DNA of 64,000 nucleotides from Candidatus Melainabacteria bacterium SSGW_16 (GTDB lineage: Bacteria; Cyanobacteriota; Vampirovibrionia; 2-02-FULL-35-15): assembly GCA_004769085.1 (NCBI GenBank), contig DUDS01000028.1, positions 3,914 to 67,913 of the forward strand. The letters run 5' to 3'. Below are positions 9,245 through 17,341 of the stretch, one piece after another. Positions within the stretch are counted from its first letter, which is position 1. Each line of letters starts with the position of its first letter. The translations under genes and the position numbers were made by a program. The notes beneath the pieces are model-generated. The model searched no databases and was not told the origin of the DNA. It saw nothing but the letters and a program-made list of their open reading frames with translations.

Positions 9245-11950
9245 ATGATCTTCAAAAAACTTACTTTAAAAAATTTCATGTCATATGCAAATGCTGAAAT
9301 AGATTTTTCAGGAATTCATCTTGCATGTTTAAGCGGACCAAATGGTGCAGGGAAGTCCAGCCTTCTTGATGCTGTTACCTGGGCTTTGTGGGAAGAAGGA
9401 AGATCCAGAACTGATGACTTGATAAAACTTGGAAAAGATGAAATGTCATGTGAACTTGAGTTTTTTAGTGATGGTGAGCTTTACAGGGTTTATAGATCAC
9501 GTTCCAAATCATTTAAAAATGCCCAGGGAAAATCATCACTTGAGTTTCAGATATTTAATCCTAAAGATCAACAATGGACTTCTCTCACGCTCAGCTCTGT
9601 TCGTCAGACTCAAGATCTGATAATAAAAACCATAAGAATGGATTACGGGACCTTTGTAAACAGTGTCTATCTGAGGCAGGGAAAAGCAGATGAGTTTACG
9701 CTGAAAAAACCAAGCGAGAGAAAACAGGTGCTGGCAGATATTCTTGGACTTGGTGTTTATGACAAACTTTGTGATGCAAGCAGGTTGAAAATAAATGAAA
9801 TTGAAAAAACTATAGGATATGAAGAAAACTTTATTTCAGAATTAAAAATCAAAATTCAGAATGAAGATGAAATTAAAGCAGACTGCCTGAAATACAAATT
9901 TGAACTGGAAGAGCAGGAGAAAAAATTAAAAGAAATAACCGAGTCCCTTAAAGTAAAAGAAGCAGAGCTTAATAAAATGAAGGAGAAAGAAAAGCATGTA
10001 AACTCCCTTGAAAGGACTGTTTCAAGCCATGAGTCAATAACAAAGACTTTACAGGATCAGTTTGTGCTTACTGGTGAAAAGATAAAAAAGAGCAGGAGTT
10101 TAATTGAAAACAAACTGAAAATTCAGAATGAACACAAAGAATATCTCAGGATTAAAGATGAGCTTGAAGTAGCTGATCAGAAGAGACTGAGGCATGAAAG
10201 GCTTACATTTGAAAAAAATAAACTTGAGCATGAATTAAAAGACAGGATTGCAGATGCTGAAAAAAAGGTTGCCGGATACAAATCAAAAATAGGTGATAGA
10301 AATAACAGAAAGACAGAACTAAAAAATTTACTGAGCAAAGAAAACGAGTTTGAGAAATTTTTGCCTGAAGCAGGTAAAGAAACTAAAACATTTAATGATT
10401 TGCATGAAAGAATTCAAATGATTGAAAAAGAAGCTCTTGAGCTTAAGCATAAAAATGAATTTTTAAATTCTGATTTAAAGAAAATGGGGTTGAGAGTTGA
10501 TGAAATCTCTGGAAAAATCAGGACCTTGGATAAAAACCCGGAAGACACGGAATGCCCGCTTTGTAAAAGCCAGATAAAAGACAAAGAGTCTGTAATTGCA
10601 TCTTATAAAGATGAAATAAATTTACTCCAGGAAGAAAAGAAAAAAATTTACAATGACATTTCGGTAAATGAAGATAAAATTGAAGCAAAGAGGAAAGAAT
10701 ATTCAGATCTTAAAACAAAAATTGATTCATTTGGAAAAGTAGTAGCCACTCTTCTTCCAAAACTGGAGAATATAAGATCTGACGGAGGTTTTCTTTCAGA
10801 TGTAAGTTTGATTTCAAAAACCTCAGGACAAAAAGCTGTGTCATTTCTGGAATCAAAAATTGAAGTGGTAAGGAATGATTTCCAGAGGGCAAAAACGGAT
10901 TTGCAGGTTATTGAAAAAGAGATAAATTCTTATACCCACGAAGTAAATGAAATTGAAAGTCTTGTTTCAAACGGTGCTATCGTAAAGGAAATAAGTGACA
11001 GACTCTCAGCCATAGAAGCTGAAATAAAAAATATTAAATATGATTCAATGCTTCATGAAAATCTGAGAAAATCCTTTAAAAATATAGAAAATATAATAAT
11101 TACATTTAATTCTTTAAAGCAGGCTGAGTTAGAATATGATGCCCTTTTAAGAGAAGAGCAAAAACTATCCGAGAAAATAAAACAAGCTGATGAAGAGGTT
11201 TTATCACTTAAAAAGATGATTCAGGATATAAAGAAAGATATTAATGACATGCCTCAAATTGAGAGTGAAGTGTCTGTCATCAGGCAGAAAGAGATTCAAA
11301 ATACCAATACCCTGAATGAAGTAAAAAAACAGCTTGTGATCTCAGAACAATTGCTTTTAGAGATTGAAAGATCAAAGCATTTAATCCTTCAGAAAGAAGA
11401 GAAGATTAAAGATCAAATCAATGAGAAAAAATATTTTGGTATTCTTGAAAAAGCCTTCAGTAAAAACGGCATTCAGGTTGCTCTGATTGAGACAACGGTT
11501 CCTGAAATTGAAAATGAGGCAAACAGGATATTAAGCAGACTTACTGATAACCAGATGCATGTTGCACTCAAAACTCAGAAAGAAAAGAAAACCTCAACAG
11601 GTATTATTGAAACCCTGGATGTAATTATTGCAGACAATGCAGGATCGAGAAACTATGAACTATATAGCGGTGGAGAAGCGTTCAAGGTTAATTTTTCCCT
11701 GAGACTTGCGCTATCCAGGCTTCTTGCAAACAGATCAAGTGCTAGACTACAGACACTTATTATTGATGAAGGTTTTGGTTCTCAGGATGCTCCAGGCAAA
11801 GAGAGACTTATTGAGGCAATAAGATCTATTCAGAACGAATTTGAACTTATTCTTGTAGTTACCCACATTGATGAACTTAAAGAATCCTTTCCTGTGCATA
11901 TTCAGGTAACAAAAGAGAATGAAAGTTCAAAGGTTAAGCTGGTTGCATAA
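9245..11950 (+). CDS. sbcC: SbcC/Rad50-family DNA repair ATPase
   Basis: Walker A GPNGAGKSS, a long coiled coil with a central zinc hook CPLC, the signature YSGGEAFKVNFSLRLAL and Walker B LIIDEGFGSQD. Confidence 0.9.
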   Translation: MIFKKLTLKNFMSYANAEIDFSGIHLACLSGPNGAGKSSLLDAVTWALWEEGRSRTDDLIKLGKDEMSCELEFFSDGELYRVYRSRSKSFKNAQGKSSLEFQIFNPKDQQWTSLTLSSVRQTQDLIIKTIRMDYGTFVNSVYLRQGKADEFTLKKPSERKQVLADILGLGVYDKLCDASRLKINEIEKTIGYEENFISELKIKIQNEDEIKADCLKYKFELEEQEKKLKEITESLKVKEAELNKMKEKEKHVNSLERTVSSHESITKTLQDQFVLTGEKIKKSRSLIENKLKIQNEHKEYLRIKDELEVADQKRLRHERLTFEKNKLEHELKDRIADAEKKVAGYKSKIGDRNNRKTELKNLLSKENEFEKFLPEAGKETKTFNDLHERIQMIEKEALELKHKNEFLNSDLKKMGLRVDEISGKIRTLDKNPEDTECPLCKSQIKDKESVIASYKDEINLLQEEKKKIYNDISVNEDKIEAKRKEYSDLKTKIDSFGKVVATLLPKLENIRSDGGFLSDVSLISKTSGQKAVSFLESKIEVVRNDFQRAKTDLQVIEKEINSYTHEVNEIESLVSNGAIVKEISDRLSAIEAEIKNIKYDSMLHENLRKSFKNIENIIITFNSLKQAELEYDALLREEQKLSEKIKQADEEVLSLKKMIQDIKKDINDMPQIESEVSVIRQKEIQNTNTLNEVKKQLVISEQLLLEIERSKHLILQKEEKIKDQINEKKYFGILEKAFSKNGIQVALIETTVPEIENEANRILSRLTDNQMHVALKTQKEKKTSTGIIETLDVIIADNAGSRNYELYSGGEAFKVNFSLRLALSRLLANRSSARLQTLIIDEGFGSQDAPGKERLIEAIRSIQNEFELILVVTHIDELKESFPVHIQVTKENESSKVKLVA

Positions 11951-12146
11951 AAGCAGCTTATAACAGATTTTTTGGCTTCTATTATCTGCGATTAAAACGG
12001 AAGCATCTTACAAATTCAGTTAAAATGCCTGATTTTTAGGAATAGATGACTAAAATGTTTTATGTTTGTCTATAATTCAAAATGAGAGAGGTTTAACCTA
12101 CTGCCTAGCTTATGCAACATTTCCAAACAGACTATTTATGCGGAAA

Positions 12147-12248
12147 GATTTTGACGATTTATTCGTCAAAATCTGTAGAATGTTACAAGTGGTCGGCCGT
12201 GAATACTTTGCAAAGCCTGACAAGCGAAGAATGAGCGAGGAAGGCGGT
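12147..12248 (+). repeat. Family-1 structured intergenic repeat, copy A
   Basis: gattttgacgatttattcgtcaaaatc hairpin, ctgtagaatgtta box, then core tactttgcaaagcctgacaagcgaagaatgagcgaggaaggcggt. It lies 62 nt upstream of the rel start. Confidence 0.75.
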
Positions 12249-12310
12249 AGGAAATAACAGGTTCAATGATGAATCCTTGAAATTTAACATGAAAGATAGC
12301 TGTCTGAACA

Positions 12311-14530
12311 TTGGAAGATATAACTGAAAAAACCTTAGTAGAACAGTTTTTGGAAAAGTTCTCCAGGCTTGAAAGGCCTGATGGGGATATTGATAAGGTC
12401 AAGAAAGCACTTGACTTTGCGTGCAAACTTCATATCGGGCAGAAGAGAGTCAGTGATGAACCTTATATTACTCATCCTATCTCAGTAGCTGAGATTTTAA
12501 TTGAACTGAACTGTGATACTGAAACAATTTGTGCAGGATTATTACATGACACACTGGAAGATACTGATATTGATGTTTTAACACTGGAGAAAGAATTTGG
12601 TTCAGAAATCGGAAGACTTGTTGAAGGGGTAACAAAATTAGGAAAACTTAATTTTATTTCAACTCATGAACATCAGGCTGAAAACTTTCGTAAAATGCTT
12701 ATTGCAATTGCAACTGATTTAAGAGTGGTCCTGGTAAAAATTGCTGACAGGCTGCATAACATGAGGACATTAAACCATCTTCCTCCTGACAAACAAAAAC
12801 GAATTGGGCAGGAGACGCTGGACATTTTTGCCCCGCTTGCAAACAGGTTTGGTTTAAATAAAGCTAAAAATGAGCTTGAGGATCTTTCGTTTTTCTATCT
12901 TGAACCAGAGAAATATAAAGAAGTAGAAAGACTTGTTATTGGCGACAGAGAATATAGTGAAAAAAAAATAAAAGAAATTATTTTAAAGATTGAAACAGAA
13001 CTTAAAAAGTCAGGCATAAAAGCAGAGATTTATGGGAGACCGAAACACCTGTACAGCATTTACAGAAAAATGCAGAGACTTGGCTCAAAAGAGCTTTATG
13101 ATCTTCTCGGTATAAGAATTATGGTTGAAAGAGAAAGACAGTGCTATGAAGTTATGGGAGTTATTCATGATCTTTTAAGACCTATTCCCGGGAAATTTAA
13201 AGACTATATTGCAATTCCAAAACCAAACATGTATCAGTCTCTTCATACTGCAGTTGTAGGTCCACATGGCAGACCGGTGGAAATCCAGATTCGCACACAG
13301 GAAATGCATCAGATTGCTGAGTACGGTATTGCCGCACACTGGAAATATAAAGAAGCCGGTAAATCTACAAAAGCAGATGATATGTATGATGAAAAACTTT
13401 CATGGATAAGACAGCTGATTGAATGGCAGACCGATCTGAAGGATCCTGAAGAATATCTTGATGCAGTAAAACTTGATTTTCTTTCAGACGAGGTTTTTAT
13501 ACTTACCCCTAAAGGGGATGTAATTGATTTGCCCAGAAACTCAACGCCTGTTGATTTTGCATACAGGATTCATACTGATGTAGGAAATAGATGCACAGGT
13601 GCAAAAGTAAATGGCAGAATGGTTCCTCTGAGCACTACTCTTAAGAATGGCGATATTGTTGAGGTTGTTACAGGAAAGAATGCTCATCCAAGCCTTGACT
13701 GGCTGAACTATGTGGTAACCAGTTCTACAAAAAATAAAATCAGACAATGGTTTAAAAAACAACATCGTGATGTTCATATTCAGCAGGGCAGGGATCTTAT
13801 TATTGCTGCACTTGGTGAAGACAGGGCTGAGGAGCTTCTTGCATCGGATAACTTTATTGATGCAGTTGGAAAACTTAATAGGGCCTCTAAAGAAGATTTG
13901 CTTGCTTCGCTTGGCTGTGGGGATGTAACCATTTCTCAGTTAAAAGGAAAATTAAAAGATTTTCTTGAAGAAAAGAAAGAAGAAGAGGAAACGATACAAA
14001 CACTCCCTGTTACTACAGAGGGTGAAGTTGCTGAACTTGAAGGGATGCTTCATCACCTGGCAAAATGTTGTTCACCATTACCAGGAGAAGAAATAGTTGG
14101 AGTTGTGTCAAAAGGCAGAGGAATTACAGTACACAGGTATGATTGTATAAATCTTGATGGTGTAGAACAGGACAGAATAATGCCAATTAACTGGCAAGGT
14201 AACAAAGAAAAAACAATGTATACTGCTGCTCTTGAAGTTGAGTGCATTGACAGGGTTGGAGTTTCAAGGGATATACTTAATAAAGTTGCTGATGACAAAA
14301 TTAATGTAAGAGATCTGCGGGTTGTAACCAGAACATCAAATAATACTGCAGTTCTGAAAATTGTGGTGGAAGTTTCTGATCTTTATGATCTTAGAAAGAT
14401 TATGGCAAGCATAATCAGGGTTGGAGATGTACTGAATGTAGTAAGATCTGGTGAACACAAAAGAACAACGATATTCAGAAAGAAAACAAATGGCAGGGAA
14501 AAACCCCAGTCTAAGGAAAAAAAAGAATAA
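12311..14530 (+). CDS. rel: bifunctional (p)ppGpp synthetase/hydrolase (RelA/SpoT homologue)
   Basis: HD hydrolase (LHDTLEDT), synthetase (RPKHLYSIYRKM, YQSLHT, EIQIRT), TGS (TPKGDVIDLP..TPVDFAY.IH) and an ACT-like C-terminus. TTG start. Confidence 0.95.
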   Translation: MEDITEKTLVEQFLEKFSRLERPDGDIDKVKKALDFACKLHIGQKRVSDEPYITHPISVAEILIELNCDTETICAGLLHDTLEDTDIDVLTLEKEFGSEIGRLVEGVTKLGKLNFISTHEHQAENFRKMLIAIATDLRVVLVKIADRLHNMRTLNHLPPDKQKRIGQETLDIFAPLANRFGLNKAKNELEDLSFFYLEPEKYKEVERLVIGDREYSEKKIKEIILKIETELKKSGIKAEIYGRPKHLYSIYRKMQRLGSKELYDLLGIRIMVERERQCYEVMGVIHDLLRPIPGKFKDYIAIPKPNMYQSLHTAVVGPHGRPVEIQIRTQEMHQIAEYGIAAHWKYKEAGKSTKADDMYDEKLSWIRQLIEWQTDLKDPEEYLDAVKLDFLSDEVFILTPKGDVIDLPRNSTPVDFAYRIHTDVGNRCTGAKVNGRMVPLSTTLKNGDIVEVVTGKNAHPSLDWLNYVVTSSTKNKIRQWFKKQHRDVHIQQGRDLIIAALGEDRAEELLASDNFIDAVGKLNRASKEDLLASLGCGDVTISQLKGKLKDFLEEKKEEEETIQTLPVTTEGEVAELEGMLHHLAKCCSPLPGEEIVGVVSKGRGITVHRYDCINLDGVEQDRIMPINWQGNKEKTMYTAALEVECIDRVGVSRDILNKVADDKINVRDLRVVTRTSNNTAVLKIVVEVSDLYDLRKIMASIIRVGDVLNVVRSGEHKRTTIFRKKTNGREKPQSKEKKE

Positions 14531-14534
14531 TGTT

Positions 14535-14873
14535 TTAATTCTGTTGTGATTTTGAAAACATTAGATTACTGGGACAGTTTCCAAATGATACGGTATAAGA
14601 TTTTGTATTTTCAGGACAGTCATATTCATCTACATAGTTGCAGCTATAGAAAACATTTTGGTTGTTTTCAATTTCTTTCTTGCAGCAACATAAGCTAAAT
14701 GCTCCTCTTGGTCTTCCAGCATCTGGAATATCATAATAGTTTGAAGCAAAGGCTTCTGTATGTCCGATAACAGAAAGAAGAACTCCCAAGATAAGTGCAA
14801 TTGTTGGCCTGAAAAGCTCTATTTTATTAGCTTTTACAGTCCTGTAAATTGATAAATAAGGATTTGTTTTCAT
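14535..14873 (-). CDS. small exported 6-Cys protein, hypothetical
   Basis: Start moved to Met39 of the track ORF (cat at 14871-14873), which gives a signal-like PTIALILGVLLSVIGHTEAFA. The mature part contains CCC plus three further Cys. Confidence 0.55.
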   Translation of the reverse strand: MKTNPYLSIYRTVKANKIELFRPTIALILGVLLSVIGHTEAFASNYYDIPDAGRPRGAFSLCCCKKEIENNQNVFYSCNYVDEYDCPENTKSYTVSFGNCPSNLMFSKSQQN

Positions 14874-15029
14874 AGTAATGCTTACTAAAAAACCAGTAAT
14901 AGGGTTATTCCCATCCTTTGTAAGGTTAAAATAGATTGTTTGTAGTATTTTTTTACTACTTGCCTGTATGAAATCTATTAAAACCACTATTAATGAAGCT
15001 TTTAAAGGTTAAGTTGTTGTAAAAATTCT

Positions 15030-15341
15030 TTATTCTATTCTGATTTCTCTGCCGCAGGAAGGACATACATCTACTGATTGGTTATCACTTATCTTGATTT
15101 TTTGCCTGAATGAAATTTGCCCAGTAGTGCATGCGGATGACTGAAGTTTAAATTTATAATACCCTGATTTACCTTGAACGGGATCCCCACAACAGGAAGA
15201 ACCAGCTGGTATATCTTCTTTCGTTTTGTCTTGTTGACAGTTAAAAGCAAATAAATCTAGTACTGATGCCTGGTATAAAATGACCAAACAGGCCAGAATT
15301 GCTGATAAGAATGACATTTTTACCATTTTAAAATTATTCAT
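15030..15341 (-). CDS. small exported 6-Cys protein, hypothetical
   Basis: Signal-like MSFLSAILACLVILYQA. The mature part has C..CC..C..CPSC. Confidence 0.6.
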   Translation of the reverse strand: MNNFKMVKMSFLSAILACLVILYQASVLDLFAFNCQQDKTKEDIPAGSSCCGDPVQGKSGYYKFKLQSSACTTGQISFRQKIKISDNQSVDVCPSCGREIRIE

Positions 15342-15435
15342 TTTGATGCTATTTATATTCCCATAAAATGGTTTTGATGAGATAAAACTTCTACCAAATA
15401 TTATAGGGGTAACCCTAAGATAAGGTTAAAAATGC

Positions 15436-16017
15436 CTAATTTAGCCTTTTTAACAGGGAAAGGTATTTTTTTAACGGTAATCCCACAACATTATTATAAT
15501 CCCCATTGATGCTTTTTATAAACCGACCCCCTTTCCCCTGTATAGCATAGCAACCTGCTTTTCCAAAAGGCTCTTTGGTTTTTATATATTTTATTGCATC
15601 GTTTATTGTTATCTTTTTCATTTTTATGGATGTTACTTCATAATCTGAAATAACAGTTTTTGATTTCAAATCGAAAATAAATATTCCTGTCAGAACTTTA
15701 TGTTCTTTGTTGCTTATGAAGAGCAGTTTTTTAAGAGCATCTTTTTTATTTTTTGGTTTGGTTATAATTTTATTCTTACAGACAACAATTGTGTCAAATG
15801 CAGAGATTATCTTTCTCTGTCCTGCCTTTTGTGTTATGGAAATCCCTTTTGCTGCACTAAGTATTTTTACAAGGGACTGAAAGGTTACTATATTTGTTAA
15901 GGATTTAATTAGTAAATTCTCATTTAAATTGCTTTTTAGAGATTTAAATTTTATTCCTGCCTTTTTAAGGATATCTTTTCTTCTGGGTGAAGCTGAAGCA
16001 AGTATTATTTCTCTCAT
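15436..16017 (-). CDS. maf: Maf-like nucleoside triphosphate pyrophosphatase
   Basis: IILASASPRRKDIL at the N-terminus, GKAG.YAIQG and VVGLPL near the C-terminus. Confidence 0.9.
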   Translation of the reverse strand: MREIILASASPRRKDILKKAGIKFKSLKSNLNENLLIKSLTNIVTFQSLVKILSAAKGISITQKAGQRKIISAFDTIVVCKNKIITKPKNKKDALKKLLFISNKEHKVLTGIFIFDLKSKTVISDYEVTSIKMKKITINDAIKYIKTKEPFGKAGCYAIQGKGGRFIKSINGDYNNVVGLPLKKYLSLLKRLN

Positions 16018-16102
16018 TTTTTTATTTAGGAGCTTTTACCCCTTGATGAGAAGGTAACCCCCTGTTACCATGGTATCTGTGTTTCTTGCCAGGAGTAATG
16101 TT

Positions 16103-17263
16103 ATGCAATTAATCTTTATTTTGATATTGTCCTTATTTCTTTTTAATACCTCGGATTCATATGCAACCTGTGGTGGTGTTGCACCTACCAAAGCAAAATA
16201 TGATACTAATAAGCAATTATACAGTTCTGCATTAAGTAATGTAGATATCGATGATTTAGAACTTGTGCCTCTTGATGAGAATGATGAAACAGAATGGAAT
16301 GATGCTCCTGAAAAACAAAAAAAAGATGGTGTAATTAAAAAGCTTAGCAAAACTAAAACCCAGGATAATCTGCAAATAAAATGGCTTGAATCACTAAGAC
16401 CAAAAGATTTTGTTTTATTACAGGAAATTGTTGAACTGAAGGGTGAAAAACTGGATTTATACGGAAAGGATCTTGAAACCAGATATAAAGAGAATCCAGA
16501 TGTATTTAGCACAGCAATTCCATATGGTCTTTTTCTTATTGATACTGGCGAGGTAGAAAAAGCAGGACTGCTTTTTGAAAGAGCAATAAGTGATTTCAAA
16601 TCAAACCAGGTTCCTGTTGTTTATAAAGCATGGACTGATATTTTAAAAGGTAATTATATTCAGGCAAAAGATGCTCTGCATCCCGTGGTAATGGAAAAAG
16701 TTAATGCAGGTATCACTGGAATTGGGGCAGGGATCTGGCTACCACAGCATATTGATGCAGTAGTAGGGCTCTATCTTTTAAAAGATCATTTACCTGAAAA
16801 GGACAGGGTTGAAATTAGTAAAATTGTAGATGATGTTACAAAACATTTCACAAAGAATCCAAAATTTGTTTCTATCCTGATAACAAAAGATTTAAATAAT
16901 GGAAAACTTCAGGAAGCATCTGAAAAATTTTCAAATATACTACAGCGATATCCTGAAAATCCTACGATTCTTACTCTTTTAGGTGTTTCACAGCTTCTTA
17001 CAGGATATCTTGATGAAGCATTGGTACTTTTTGATCAGGTAAATGGGATATATCCTTATTCATCTACCAGTTATCTTATGAAAGCAAGGGTATTGAGTTT
17101 AACAGGGGAAAAAGAAGAGGCAGATACTTTAATTCAAAAAGCATTTCAGCTTGATTCCCAGCTTAAAAAGGCTACTAAAAATAAACTCCTTTTGGCAAAA
17201 ACCTATAAATTTGACAGGGGTAGTAACAAATCAAAGCCTGTAAAGAAAGCAAATAAAAGCTAA
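16103..17263 (+). CDS. exported TPR-like repeat protein
   Basis: Start set at ATG 16103 (AGGAG 16091-16095, 7-nt spacer). Signal-like MQLIFILILSLFLFN. The C-terminal half has TPR-like helical repeats (e.g. NPTILTLLGVSQLLTGYLDEALVLFDQ). Confidence 0.7.
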   Translation: MQLIFILILSLFLFNTSDSYATCGGVAPTKAKYDTNKQLYSSALSNVDIDDLELVPLDENDETEWNDAPEKQKKDGVIKKLSKTKTQDNLQIKWLESLRPKDFVLLQEIVELKGEKLDLYGKDLETRYKENPDVFSTAIPYGLFLIDTGEVEKAGLLFERAISDFKSNQVPVVYKAWTDILKGNYIQAKDALHPVVMEKVNAGITGIGAGIWLPQHIDAVVGLYLLKDHLPEKDRVEISKIVDDVTKHFTKNPKFVSILITKDLNNGKLQEASEKFSNILQRYPENPTILTLLGVSQLLTGYLDEALVLFDQVNGIYPYSSTSYLMKARVLSLTGEKEEADTLIQKAFQLDSQLKKATKNKLLLAKTYKFDRGSNKSKPVKKANKS

Positions 17264-17341
17264 TAAATAAATATAGTAAAGTTTTGTTTACATATACGAG
17301 TGCTAACATAATACTCATCGTCTTGGAAAAATGATTTATTT

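Noticed and set aside
9076-9279. 67-aa ORF upstream of sbcC
   Set aside because: It is translated from the CATGGGC palindrome cluster (HPGTHEPM..MGLWAHRHM) and overlaps the sbcC start.
9245-11950. SbcC-like ATPase as part of a defence system (Lamassu/Wadjet/Gabija-like)
   Set aside because: It has the canonical SbcC/Rad50 head, coiled coil and CPLC hook. There are no partner nuclease, kleisin or effector genes adjacent, and the neighbours are housekeeping.
12066-12426. ORFs 12066-12257 (+) and 12166-12426 (-)
   Set aside because: Both run through family-1 repeat copy A (..FAKPDKRRMSEEGGRK). The same repeat is read in different frames at other copies, so it is not coding.
16036-16599. 187-aa ORF antisense to the TPR protein gene
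   Set aside because: It is Ser/Phe-rich low-complexity sequence lying entirely within the better-supported plus-strand gene, which has an SD and a signal peptide.
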